From the NCBI GenBank assembly GCA_965235115.1, contig OZ249440.1, forward strand, positions 34,474,001 to 34,538,000: 64,000 nucleotides of DNA, in the 5' to 3' direction. Origin of the DNA: Laetmonice hystrix (taxonomy: Eukaryota). The notes below the pieces were generated by a model. That model made no database searches and was not told the DNA's origin. It was given only the letters and a program-made list of their open reading frames with translations. Positions 36,419 through 48,270 of this stretch are shown in pieces. The translations under genes were made by a program, and so were the position numbers. Positions within the stretch are counted from its first letter, which is position 1, and each line of letters begins with the position of its first letter.

Positions 36419-37713
36419 CAAGGTGGTTTAACAGGCAAACGCCCCCTAGACTTTATTTTGGGGGAAAGGCTGCGACTACGACAAGGCGTAGCATCAGCCA
36501 TTTCAACATCTTGAAGATGTTGAAATTTGTTTGTAAGTGCTATTGCACTATTGTTGGAGGCTGCCTTGGGCAGCCGATCTGTTATTATTTTCTTTTTTTG
36601 TTGATGTTTTTTGGTAGATGGCTCTTTTGTACTCGGTTGATCAGTTTTTGGAGTTGGTTCTTTATTACTCGGCCCGGCCTGTGGAGGAGGAAGCGAGGTT
36701 GTCTGGCTCTGTGTTGAGGTGGCTTTTTTAGGTGGCTGACTCGAGACTGCTTTCTTAGGTGGTTCATTTGTGCTGTCAGCGGGATCAGGGTAGGTCACAG
36801 GTTTATCCCCCTTGACCCACACCATCTCCGTTTGACAAGCGAAAGTCCGTGTGGTAGGCTTAACAGCGGCAGCATAGGTTTTAACTGTTGGTGGAAGCAT
36901 ATATTGCTCCACCAACTTTCGTGCCTCAGGGAAACTAAGTTTTCTTTCTGTCTTAACCTTTAGGATTTCCTTCTCCTTCTTCCACACGGAACATTCGCGT
37001 GAAACAGTGGAATGACCCTGACCACAGTTGGCGCATTTGGCAGGTTTTTCACAGCCAGTATGGTCATGGCCTGTTTCAGCGCACTGCGAACATTTTTGTT
37101 CATTTCTACATGAGTCGGTCCCATGCCCAAACCTCTGGCACTTAAAGCAACGCAGAGGATTCGGGATGTAGGGATCAACTTTTACCTTTAGAAAGCCAAC
37201 CTCGAGTTCATCTGGTAGAGTGGGCCTGTCGAATGTCAGAAAATATGTGTGTGTCTTGATGGTGTTACCATCTCGTTTCACTATCAATCTTCTGACTTCC
37301 GACACACCTTGCCAGCTCAACCCAGCAAGGATCTCCTGTTCAGTTGTAGTGTCAAGAGAGTTTGTTCTTATAACACCCTTGCTGGAGTTGAGCGTCCGGT
37401 GACGAGAGGCCTTAATACTGTAACCTGCGAGTACTGTGGCACTCAGCAGGTTTGCAGATTGGGCCTTCGTGGCACACTCCACCAACAGTTGGCCAGACCT
37501 CAAACGTTTACAATCTTTGACTGTTCCAGCTATCCCCAATATACCTTTATGTATGGCAAAAGGGGATAGCTTAGATATTGGTCGTTCAGCTTCTGCCGAT
37601 TCAACAATGATGAAACGAGGCCATTCCGTCAAGTGTTCATTCTCCATAGACCGGTCCGAGTCAGAGTCCGTTAGTTTCAGTAGTTTTCTTTTTGGGGGAT
37701 TGTTTGATGCCAT
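36418..37713 (-). CDS. LINE ORF1 (gag-like nucleic-acid chaperone with zinc knuckles), 431 aa from the MASNN ATG
   Basis: LSPFAI.KGI.GIAG.VK..KRLRSG.LLVE; PLRCFKCQRFGH; CANCGQGH. Confidence 0.92.
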   Translation of the reverse strand: MASNNPPKRKLLKLTDSDSDRSMENEHLTEWPRFIIVESAEAERPISKLSPFAIHKGILGIAGTVKDCKRLRSGQLLVECATKAQSANLLSATVLAGYSIKASRHRTLNSSKGVIRTNSLDTTTEQEILAGLSWQGVSEVRRLIVKRDGNTIKTHTYFLTFDRPTLPDELEVGFLKVKVDPYIPNPLRCFKCQRFGHGTDSCRNEQKCSQCAETGHDHTGCEKPAKCANCGQGHSTVSRECSVWKKEKEILKVKTERKLSFPEARKLVEQYMLPPTVKTYAAAVKPTTRTFACQTEMVWVKGDKPVTYPDPADSTNEPPKKAVSSQPPKKATSTQSQTTSLPPPQAGPSNKEPTPKTDQPSTKEPSTKKHQQKKKIITDRLPKAASNNSAIALTNKFQHLQDVEMADATPCRSRSLSPKIKSRGRLPVKPP

Positions 37714-38241
37714 GTTTGTGTTAGAGTGTTTCACCAACCCTATTCCCCACCCTCCACGGAGCCCAACAAGGGGAAGTGCAGAGCTGCGGTAACCAGCAGT
37801 TGCAAACCAAGGATATAGGGTTGGTATACTCAAGCAATGGAACGAAAGAGGGTGTTGCCATTACTTGATTGACCCTAAGCCACCGCCTTCTAGGAATAAA
37901 GAAGAAATAGTTACGATAGATGTTGCCTATTGTATAAGAGAATTAAATCCACTATAAAGGGTACTCAATACAAAAAATCCTAGGGCAAGGCGTGACCAGC
38001 CGATTGATTGGATCGGGCCTCTCCAACCTCCCGTCTAGGTGAAGTAGGAGCCAAAGCACCGTGTTGGACCTGTGAAAAGCCGCAGCAATTCACCGTCCTC
38101 AGGTACCAGGACCTCTTCCTCCACCGACACGGGTCGCGACTCACGGCAAACAAGTCGCCCCATTTATTCGCCTCTTACGAACAGCCAGGGGGGGGCTGGG
38201 GAAATTCTTACCCCGGTCCCCACGGGGACCTGAACGTACCA

Positions 38242-39210
38242 TTTCCCGTTAAATGTGAAGACATTATGCGACAGTCCCAATTCCAAGGATAGCTACATCT
38301 GGTCTACCTGGGCTGGGGTGTTTAAATAGGATTCTCCGGACGGCCTCTAACCCGTCCGTGTTGTTGATGTTGGTGTACATGCTCTCTACATCAATTGTAA
38401 CGAGAAGAGCCTCACGGGAGGGACGGAGAGTACGAATCTTGTTTAAGAAATCCTCTCTATCTCTGACAAACGAGGGGCTGCAGAAAATGATCCACAAATT
38501 CTGCGGCTGCATAGGACTCGCTCCCGCAATCTTGAGACTATTGGGCAGCCAGGGGGGATCCTGTTTGGGATGGACCAGTCTGAGGGTTTCTTATGTATTT
38601 TGGGTAGGAGGTAGAATCTCCTGGGTCTTATTGTGCCAGGGGGAAGGAGGTAATCTAGTTGTTTGGCGGTTATGTATCCATCAGAGGCCAATTGTTCAAA
38701 AATTTGGGACACTTGGGTGGCTGAGCTATCATATATGGGGTTGTCTAAGGGTTTGTAGTGGGTCCGTATACTTAACTGTCTTTCCCCTTCCCAAATGTAG
38801 TCTTGTTTGTTCTGAATAACTGTGACCGATCCCTCATCGGCTTTCTTGATTACTAAATCTTTGTTGCGGGCCAAAAATCTAGGGGCAGATTTCTCTTTCT
38901 TGGAAGAGTTCGGTTTGGGACGAACTGGTCTGATGTTTGAAGCTAGGTCAGTTAAATCCTGTTCAAACTGGAGCAGCGAGGCTGGAAGGTCAGAGTCCGC
39001 CGGAGTCCAGTCGGATCTCTTGAGACTTTATGGGACGTGTTGTTTCTAAAAAAGTGGTTTAATTTTATGCGGCGGCAAAACCCCCTAGTGGAGTCTAATA
39101 TATCTTCTCTACCTGTTTTGTTGGTGCTTAATATGTGGACCCTTGGAGAGGATGTTCGTGTCTTGCTGTGAAAGGTGTAGTGAAGATAGAGGTTGAGTGT
39201 GTTGTTCTGA
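38242..39210 (-). pseudogene. Penelope-like element 5' part of RT, frameshifted
   Basis: LVIKKADEGSVTVI...DY..EGERQL; FYLLPKIHK; PPG.PIVS; LLVTIDVESMYTNI. Confidence 0.9.
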
Positions 39211-39522
39211 ATTACCGGGGATGCGGGTGTCGTAATACTAATCAGTTTTTTGTCTTTGATGCCCAGTATTGTAGAAGGGGGGCCCTGGCCTTCTTGAGAA
39301 TGTGGATGGGATCGGTTGGTATGTGGTTGATTTTGAAAGGGGGGAGGGGTATAAAATCCCAATCTTTGAGAGAAGCGATCTCATTGATGTTGTTGAGGGT
39401 CAACTTTTCAGGCCTGGATATAGCAGAAGGCGTCGGTATTTCTGTAAATTGTGTTGTGTTTTGGAATTACTTGGCTGTTGTGTTGTAGAGCTGTTGGATC
39501 TGTTTTTTTAGGGTAGGGTTGG

Positions 39523-40530
39523 TCAAGGCGGCGGTGTGTGTGTGTGTGGGTGTGGGTGGAGGTGTGGTCGTGGGTGTGGATGTGGCGCTGTCTGCAAAAG
39601 GTCGATGTAATTGCTCGTCCCCGGGGACCGATCGCCAGGTTCTTGTTGGTTAGTGGAGGGGGTGGTTGTGGGGGTTGGGCTGTCCGCAAGAGGTCGATCC
39701 GCAATGTTCTTGCTCGTCCCCGGAGACCGATCGCCGGGTGTTTGTGGGTGTGTGGAGGAGGGGGGTGTAGAGCTGGTCGGGGGGGGGGGGGGGGTCGGTG
39801 TGGGTGTGGACGTCGGTGTTTCCCCAGTGGTGGGGGCGTTAGTGGTTGCGTGTGGGGGCCGCTGGGCGAGTGGTGGGGGGAGGTGTGGAAGGGGGCATGG
39901 GGCTGGCAGGGGGTTGTTGTTTCGTTCGTCCAGAGGGCGGGGAGGCGGCCAGAAGGAGGTCCTTTGGATGACTGAGTGTTTATGTAGTAGAGTGTCGTCG
40001 GAGGGGGAGGTTGAGGGGCGTCTTAGGCGTTTCTTTGTGGGTGTCACTTTCGAAGAGAAACTGGGGAGCGGGCCCCTTTTAATCTGGCGCTGAGGTTGAG
40101 GTAGGGCTGGAAACTCGGAACCGTCTTCCATGTGGAGGACGTGGAAGGGGTTGGAGGTAAGGGTGGGTGATTTGAGGGGGGGCTGAGTAAGCGGTAGGGG
40201 AAGGAGGAGAGGGGGGAGCCGTCCTGCGAGGGGACACCCATGCATTCTGTGGGGGCGGCGGTGAGGGTCTGAGTTGGTGGCGGTGTGGGCCGAGGGGAGT
40301 AGGGGGATGTGTTGTTGCGGGAGGGGGGGGTGCTGACTGGGGGGTCGGCAGGAGTGGGGGCCTGCAATGGGCGGGGCGTGGGCCGGGGGGTTGGTGGGGT
40401 TGGTTGGCCGTGGAGAGGCGGAGGTTAGGTATCGAGAGGAGAGGAATGGGGCGTTGTCGGGGTGTGGGTGGGACGGTGTTGGAAGTGTGTGGGAGTGGGT
40501 GGCCTGGGCGGACGGGTGGGGTGGGGTCAT
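39523..40530 (-). other. Pro/Thr-rich low-complexity reading frame upstream of the Penelope RT
   Basis: 335-codon open frame on the same strand as the PLE, with a duplicated PGDRSPGTS.N..D motif. Confidence 0.45.
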
Positions 40531-41001
40531 TTGCTGGGTCGTGTGGGGGGGGGGGGGGGGCTGGCCACGGACGAGTAGAGGTGGGGTTGGGAGGGGCCAG
40601 GGTGGGTCTGAGTCAGAGGGCCGGGGTTGACCGTGGTGTGGGTGTCCCTTAGCTCCATTAGGAGTCTCCCAAAGTGGTTAGCCCCCCCCCTCCCGTTCCA
40701 CCTTAGGGTCCGTGTCCGACCCGTTTTCCCAGTAGACGTCCCTGACCGTGTGTACTAGAGGGGCGAGGCCTGTAGCTTTAAGAGCTTAACGGAAGATTTT
40801 GGAAGTAGCTAGTTTAGCCTTGAGTATGTTGGAGATGAGAGTGCGTCTGTGCTGTAACCAGGTTCTGGTGGGAGTTATAGTCCCCCCAATCCTCTTAGCC
40901 TCCGTGGCTAGAGGGGTGGCTTGGATTTGGGCCATAAGGTCCCTCCGGCCGAAAAATTCGGCCTTTCCATACTGACACGCGTGTTAGGCAGGGGTGAAAG
41001 A

Positions 41002-41404
41002 GAAGTTGTGCTTGCCATGAACTGCTGCTGCAGACACATCATTGCCCCAGGACGTTCAGATCAACATCCAGTTCCTCTAGATGAGGTTTCACCCTCAGTC
41101 CAAAAGGACGTATGTACGTTTCCTTTCTTTCATATAAATGTTGGAACTGAGGGTGAAAGACGCAATTGTAAGCTGGATTTGAACTGTTTGTCCTGAGCTT
41201 GACTGCATACTGCAGAGCCAGCTTTAGACGCCTGTTGTAAAGCGAGGGCTCTCTGGCCTCCACATAGAGGCGTTCTAAAAGCCCCAAGTGAAAGCTGCAA
41301 ACCCTGGTGGTAAACCGTGTCCAAAAGCCGTATGTAAGACTTACAAGCAGAGCCGTAAACTATGCTGCCGTAATCGAGCTTCGACCGGATTAAAGCTCTG
41401 TACA
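41002..41404 (-). mobile_element. Internally deleted I-group LINE ORF2 fragment (subfamily A-like)
   Basis: Matches about 13510-13553 joined to about 13730-14100, with an additional small deletion. Confidence 0.9.
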
Positions 41405-42986
41405 GTGAATGAGGGTGTTGGATGGGGGGGGGGGGGGGTTGTAGGGGCACCGCGGGGCAATGCCTCCCCTGTGGCCTGTACTTGTGCGATACTGTACTGA
41501 TCCTGGTGCGGTTAAATTACATTGGTGTGGGTAGATTTGCTGGTCTTGTATTAACGGCTGTTAGTCCCTTTTGTTAAAATTGTAAGTCTTGTGGTGAAGT
41601 CTGGTGTGGAAAGGTAGATTGATGCTACGTTGAGAATACGTGGGTATTGATGGGTGTTCTTTTGGGCTCATCTTGACCTCTGTCATGTCGACATGTTGCG
41701 CAGTAAGGTTAGGGATAGTGTTAGTGTTAGGTTTGCAGGTTCGTGGCCCAAAACGTCCGTGGCCCAAGTGTTCATGGGCCAATTGTCCTACATTCATCAA
41801 GTGGCCAAATGACCAAATCACTTCGGCAGGGACCTTGATGTTGCCACCATACAGGTTGGCACACTACAAGGAGACATGCACAGAGCCATGCTAGAAAATA
41901 GTACAACTTTTTTAGCTGGAATTTAGTGGCATAAAGAGGTTATCACAACATAAAGAGGTTAGTGGCATAAACAGCTTATCACTGGTAGTATTATGAATAA
42001 ATTCATTAAAAAAATAACTGAACAACTAACAAACAGGAAAAACAGGTATTCCTGTCAATACTGGAAAGCTATATAGCCTATCTGGCTATACATGTAGACT
42101 TTCCAAGGGCCAATCTTGGCATTTGGCCCCAAAATTCCCATTATTTCAACCTTATAACTGAAACGCAAGAGATTTAATTCAATGCCCAACTTCAGGGACT
42201 ACTAATAGGAGCCACTCCTATTAGTAGTCCAGTTTTGTGATGAAAGGATGAAATTTTGTCCTCTAAAAATGTCCTATGCAGTAACTATAACCAACCATGA
42301 CTCTCAAGGTCCTTTATTTAAAGTTCAACTGTAATTTCAACGATAATCGCCATGATACATGTACTGCCCTCCAAAGGTAAACCACAGTATCTGACTAATT
42401 GGGTGAAATTGAGTTATCGCTATTTTTGTACCTTGCAGTAACTGCTCTTTCTTGTGTACAAATGCCATGGTTCTACAGGTTCTACAGATGGGCAGATTCT
42501 GCAGTATCTGGCAAAATACACTGTTATGCCAAACTTCAAACTGATTTTTCTCAGTTTGGATCTTACGTCAGTTACTGCGGTTTACCTTTGTAGGGCAGTG
42601 TAGAAAGCCAATAAAATTCTTATTTTTGGTCGCCCTACAAAATTTCAAATTTTCATTACCATGAAATCAAGTCGGCATTAAACTTCATGTATAAAATCCA
42701 AAGAAACAGAAGGCGATAAACATTTATTCCTGCAATTCCTCAATAAAAATGGAGGTAAATGGTAACTGAGGGATAAACAGTGAGTAAGGTAACCTCCAGT
42801 GTTTTAGATTGAAAAATACCAGAGTACATTTACATGCATGTACCTGTAACTGTTACACCTTTTCATGTGTCGGTTATCAATACACTAACTTTACTGACTG
42901 TGGACCTGAGCGAAATTTTCAAATGCTCTATGACTTGTAAAGATGACCTCACTTTTACTATTCTTGGATCAGGGTGGACGTCACCT

Positions 42987-43437
42987 TGTGCAGGTCTAAA
43001 CTGACAACTGGTTTAAACTGACAACAGTTGTCAGTTTAGATCCTGGTCTAAACTGACAAATAATGATTACTAGCCGCTGAAATGGTAATCACTAATTTGA
43101 ACTGATTCAGATGATGACAGTATCTAACGATAATTGCTCTCTGTGAAAGGCACTATATAGAAATAAAGGTTCCACTTATGATTTTCTCTAATAATATTGT
43201 TCTTACAGGTATTCCAAGTATTTTGTTAGATGCGACACACAAAACAACAAAATGTGCACTGCCAATATTTTTGGTTGATGTGAGAAGCAATGCCGGCTAC
43301 ATTCCTGTCATGGAGAATCTATTCATATTAGTGATTAACATTCCAGCACTATAGTGATCATTATTTGTCAGTTTAGACCTAGATCTAAACTGACAACTGT
43401 TGTCAGTTTAAAGCAGTTGTCAGTTAAGACCTGCACA
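42987..43437. mobile_element. Ginger-type MITE (TGT...ACA ends, about 85-bp TIRs, 5-bp TSD CACCT)
   Basis: TIRs built of AAACTGACAA repeats; CACCT on both flanks. Confidence 0.85.
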
Positions 43438-43608
43438 CACCTCCTGTCTAAGACACATGTTCCATTGTCCCCGGTGGAAAACTGGGGTGAATCTTTGTCT
43501 CTGAAAGTTCTGGCTAGAATATGCCCAAATCCCCACAGAAGTGGAGGTTGGCTTTTCATTTTCTTTAGAACTGTCATCAAAGTGGGGCTATGCACTTGAG
43601 GCAGAGGG

Positions 43609-43769
43609 CAGGCACGTACCCAGGGGGGGGTTCCAGGGGTTCCGGAACCCCCCCCCCCCCGGCCCCCTTCGGTCCCCAGGTCGACTGGTGCAAAAACACA
43701 GGTAGCCCCCGGGCAGCCCTCTCGTCCTGATGGAACCCCCCTCTAAGCACAATCCTGGGTACGTGCCTG
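43609..43769. mobile_element. Short hAT-like MITE with 5-bp TSD (GAGGG)
   Basis: CAGGCACGTACCCAGG / CCTGGGTACGTGCCTG. Confidence 0.85.
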
Positions 43770-44917
43770 GAGGGAATGCCAACCCGGAACCAAGAATACA
43801 TGTAAGCTTTCAACTGAAATTCTTTCAAGAAAACTTGCAGTCAGATTTACCAAGTCACTGCTTTCAAAAGAAAGACTTTTGTTACTTCCTTATTTTTACT
43901 GGTTAACTCTTTCCATTTTCTAATATTTTTTTGATGAGGCAATGGAAATGACTGATACCTAGCATAGCAATGAAAGGAGTTGTTGGTGTTAGGGGATCTC
44001 TTTCTACTACTCAGGTTGTCGCAGTCTCCTGTTTGAAAATATTTAGTGCACATGAAATTTCAAAGTTCTTCTTAACTTAGAAAAGTAGGGAGTATATATC
44101 CATCAAGACCACTTTCAAGAATGACAAAGTTACAGTGAGAATTGTGACAATCCTTTAGGTCATTTACTCAAAAAGTAAAATTTCAAAATAATCTTTTGAA
44201 AATGTACAATATTCCCAGCCATTTTCACAAGGGAGTATTTACTCCTACCAAAATTCTTACTTACTGTATGGAGTATCGAGATTTGATCATAACAAAGCAA
44301 AGGTAATAATTAACTACCGGTACTTACCTCATAGATCCTTATGATGTCCGATTCTTTTTCGCCAAAGTAGTTGGCTATTAATGGCAACACTGCAGCAGTT
44401 TGTGGCAGCACACTTTTTTGTTCAAAGACGGCATTCTCTATCTTCTTGATCCACTGGTGGAGCGACTCATTCTTGGCCGTTTTAGTGCACAGAAAACGGA
44501 AGATTCTTTCACCCTTATTTCTGCCAGTTGCAGCTTCATCATATTCTGTTGATGATGAACCTGCCAGGGCCGCTCTTCCAGCACAGTACTTATAGGGACA
44601 TCTGGATTTTTAATGCACATGCATTGAGATGCATATGTCAGCTTCATGTAACTGCTCACTTTCGTGTTATCAGGACATGCGAGAAGACGTTCAGATTTCA
44701 GGTTTTCTTCTCTAACTGAGTTTCCTCTGTTTCACCACTTGGCAGGTCACACTTCTAGTTACTACAACCATATGAGTCCTTAGCTATCTTCTTTCGTTTC
44801 TTCTTTTCTGGAGGACCAGATGAGGTAGCACTTGTACCATCTCTGCAGGTACTGTCAGACTGCTTGGGTCACTTGGTATTGTAGACGCAATTATACAGTT
44901 GAGTAAGTAATGTTTTA

Positions 44918-45983
44918 GGGGCAGACCATTTGATAGCTGGGGGGGGGGGGTATGGTTTTTTTGTAAAAAAAATGTTTGTTTGCCAAGTTGACCCAAAAAA
45001 TAGTTTGCTCTCAAATATGTGTGAAAAAATAGTTTGTTTGGCAATGTGTGTGAAAAAAATAGATTGTTGACAGGCAGCAGATTTATAAAAAAAAATCTGC
45101 CAGAAACTGCTAAAAAAAATTATAAGAAGACCAAAAATTTCCTTCGCTCCGCTCGATCAACAGTTTTATTTAGGCATACTCTATACAATACTCAGTGAAA
45201 CATATCAATCTGAATAAAATGACATGCAATTGAACACTAGTATGTATAACTTGATAAACTGTTTTATGTTGACATTCGCTTGCATGCACTACAAAACATT
45301 TGAAAGCCCACAAATCTGTGAAGACAATTAGAACTTCCAATTTGTTTCATAGTCTATTATAAAAGTACTGCATGGTTCAAAGCTGAGTACAGTACAATCA
45401 TATATTCCTAAGGCTGTGTTAGAGACGTTATATTTAGGAACCAGAGATTTTCCTCAACCTCTGTCATAGGTGCCGGAACACGGGGGGGGGGGGGGCGGTA
45501 GGGTTGCCCGCAAGCATATAGTTTTAACCCCCCCCCCCTCCAAGGTGGCAGGAGATGGTGAGACCGTCGGAGGGTCTATAGATTTTGTTCCCTGATGCCA
45601 GGAAAACGTGTGTTTGGCACTTTAATTTTCAATTTTTTCTGGGGGAGAGCCCCCAGACACCCCGCTCGAGGCTTCGCGCCTTCAACCCTCTCATCACCAG
45701 CATTTTAAAACTTGGAACTTGGGACCTATGATTTGGTCTCCCCCCCCCCAGCCCACCTGTGAATATCTTCCGGCGCCTATGTCTGTGGAACAGAAATTTA
45801 TGGGATAACATAATGGTTGCTACAGAATTATGTCCTGGAAAAAAAGTTTGTCTCTGCCACCTCAGGAAAAAAATTGTTTGCTTTTGATTAGGGAGAAAAA
45901 AAAATGTTTTTGTTGGGAGCAAAAAAGAAGTTTGGTCAGAAAGAAAAACCATACTCTCCCCCAGCTATTAAATGGTCTGCCCC
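44918..45983. mobile_element. MITE with TTA TSD (Zator or PIF/Harbinger type)
   Basis: GGGGCAGACCATTTGATAGCTGGGG / CCCCAGCTATTAAATGGTCTGCCCC; TTA on both sides. Confidence 0.9.
45465..45781. mobile_element. Nested hAT-like MITE with 5-bp TSD (TCTGT)
   Basis: CATAGGTGCCGGAA / TTCCGGCGCCTATG. Confidence 0.8.
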
Positions 45984-47919
45984 TTATGTTACATATGAAG
46001 GTTTAGCACCAGTCACATGTAAACATTGGTCCCACGGTGGTTGAAATGTGCGCCACTACTCTATTGTTATTTTCCATTGTACGTTTGAGCCAATGAGATT
46101 TGACCACGGACCCAGCCGGTTCTGTGCATTACTTACTCGTCTGGTCAGAGGAAACCGAGACAACTCAACAGTGTAGACGTGTCTTTGTACACAGTCGTTT
46201 ATATTGGGTCTTTGAACCCGTAGTTTATATCGTGCCATAGTGCACTTTCGTTTATATAGTGCCTCCGTGCATTGCCGTCGTGCAAGTTTGCAACAGTCCT
46301 TTTCAGGACTGGTTTGAGAACTGTAGAACATTTATTTCCTTGGGATGTGTGCCGTCCGCGCCTTCAGAGTGATGCCGTTGCCCACAAGTCAAGTCGCCAG
46401 GTGCATCAAGTCAAGTCGCCGTGTACAGCCGGCACCTTTTCCTTTGATCGGACTCGCAACACTGTGCTGCCGATCCAGGCTAACCAGGATACCTGTAACG
46501 TGGTAGAGGCAGTTGCGGTATGAACCATTGAACTTTGAACTTTAAACTTTATTGCTGAGTGACTGTGTGTCGAAGTGACTGTGTGTCGAAGTGACTGTGT
46601 GTCGTAGAAGTGGAAGTTGTTATGCCTTATATTACTGCGTGTGTGTGATGTACATTGTAAATATAAATCATTTTAACTGATTAAATCATTGTATATAATT
46701 AGTGAATGTTATCGCCTGTATCTTTGCACATTTTTTTGTTTGACCCCTGTTACAGGCATTTTTCAAAAATGTGCGAGTTTTCTTGAAACAATCATTCACA
46801 TTGCATCCATGTGCTTCCTGTTGCTCGGCACGTGACACTTATAACCCACTGAAACGTATGAAAGAGTATTTTGAGAGTAAAAAGTATTTTGCACACTTAG
46901 TAAGTTTAGGACTGCAATAGCAATTTTAGCCTTAAGGACAACCATTTCTTACCTGAATTAGGAAAAAAATTAATGTTTGGGGGAAAAAAAACAAGAAGGG
47001 AGTAGAAAAAGACGACAAAATAATATATACAGGGCTCTCACAGTTGGCAAAAGTAGCAGGGTACAGAAGAGAAAGTAGCAGGGTACAGCCCTGGGGGGTC
47101 CGGCCCTCCCCCAGAAAAAATTGAAAAATTGAAAAAATGTTCCCCTGAGATGCATTTCCCTGGCATCTGAAAGGGGCAATTGGGGGTCCGGGGGCCATCC
47201 CGTGGAAAAGTTTGAAAAAATGCCCCCAAGATGCAATTTCCTGGCATCTGAGAGGGGCAATTGGTCATCACTGACATCGTATCGCACCGTGTGCGGATCC
47301 TACATGCAGGAAAGTGAAAAAAGATAATTATTATAAATATTTTTTGTCATTCAACTAAAAGTAGGCGGCGGCAAAACTGGTTTTAGATGGCGTTTTGCCG
47401 CCGCTGATCGGGTACTTTTGAGAGTCCTGTATTTATTAGGTAGCAAAAATATGTCGAAAATGACCAAATAGGCCTCTAGAGAACCGTAATTTTGGAAAAT
47501 ATTTAAAAAAATTTTTACTGCAGATGCATACAAAGCGACATTATAAAATGTACTGAGCAAATATTCAGGCACCCCTTCCTTTGAGGGTCCATCGCGTAAA
47601 GAAGCGAGAAGGGCTTTGCGAATCGAGTATCCAATCACTGCTTTTTCCTAGCCCCATGGAAGTCCTTCTGCTAGTTTTGGCCAAGCCTATATACCCTATA
47701 AAACTGGGTCGTTCCTTAAAGATGCTACCATTGTAATACACGAGAGAGAAACGACAACTCCAACACCAGATTTTCCCAGAAGAAAACGACGACTGAGTCA
47801 GGAACGAAAACTCCAACCCCAGATCTTTTTCCGGAAAACGACGACACATTGAGCGAAAAGGAATACAGGTTAGTCATTGTCAATTTTTTCTTTTGAGTGG
47901 TAAAGCAACCTGTTTATAT

Positions 47920-48270
47920 AAGTCAGGTTTTCATGCTATAGAATAGTGCTCCGGAGGTAATATATGATATGTATATAAGTGAAGTCAGGTTTTCATGCTA
48001 TAGAATAGTGCTCCGGAGGTAATATATGATATGTGTATAAGTGAAGTCAGGTTTTCATGCTATAGAATAGTGCTCCGGTGGTAATATATGATATGTGTAT
48101 AAGTGAAGTCAGGTTTAAAAGCTATGGAATAGTGCTGCGGTGGTAATATATGATATGTGTATAAGAGAAGTCAGGTTTAAAAGCTATAGAATAGTGCTCC
48201 GGTGGTAATATATGATGTGTATAAGCGAAGTCAGATTTTCATGCTATAGAATAGTGCTCCGGTCGTAATA
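47920..48270. repeat. Minisatellite, about 62-bp unit, about 5.7 copies
   Basis: AAGTCAGGTTTTCATGCTATAGAATAGTGCTCCGG... starts at 47920, 47982, 48044, 48106, 48168 and 48228. Confidence 0.95.

Larger units (their letters stand above)
32556..38227 (-). mobile_element. Full-length I-group (I/Nimb-like) LINE, subfamily B, 5672 bp, both ORFs intact
   Basis: 14-bp TSD ACCTGAACGTACCA at 32542-32555 and 38228-38241; removing the element rejoins the Penelope RT frame FNGKWYVQVSGTAMG. Confidence 0.97.

Noticed and set aside
37714..37833. 40-codon N-terminal extension of ORF1
   Set aside because: Relies on a non-ATG start in the 5'UTR; the first ATG gives MASNN
47920..48270. CRISPR-like regular repeats (also 59536-60128)
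   Set aside because: Units are contiguous with no unique spacers, no cas genes are present, and the context is eukaryotic
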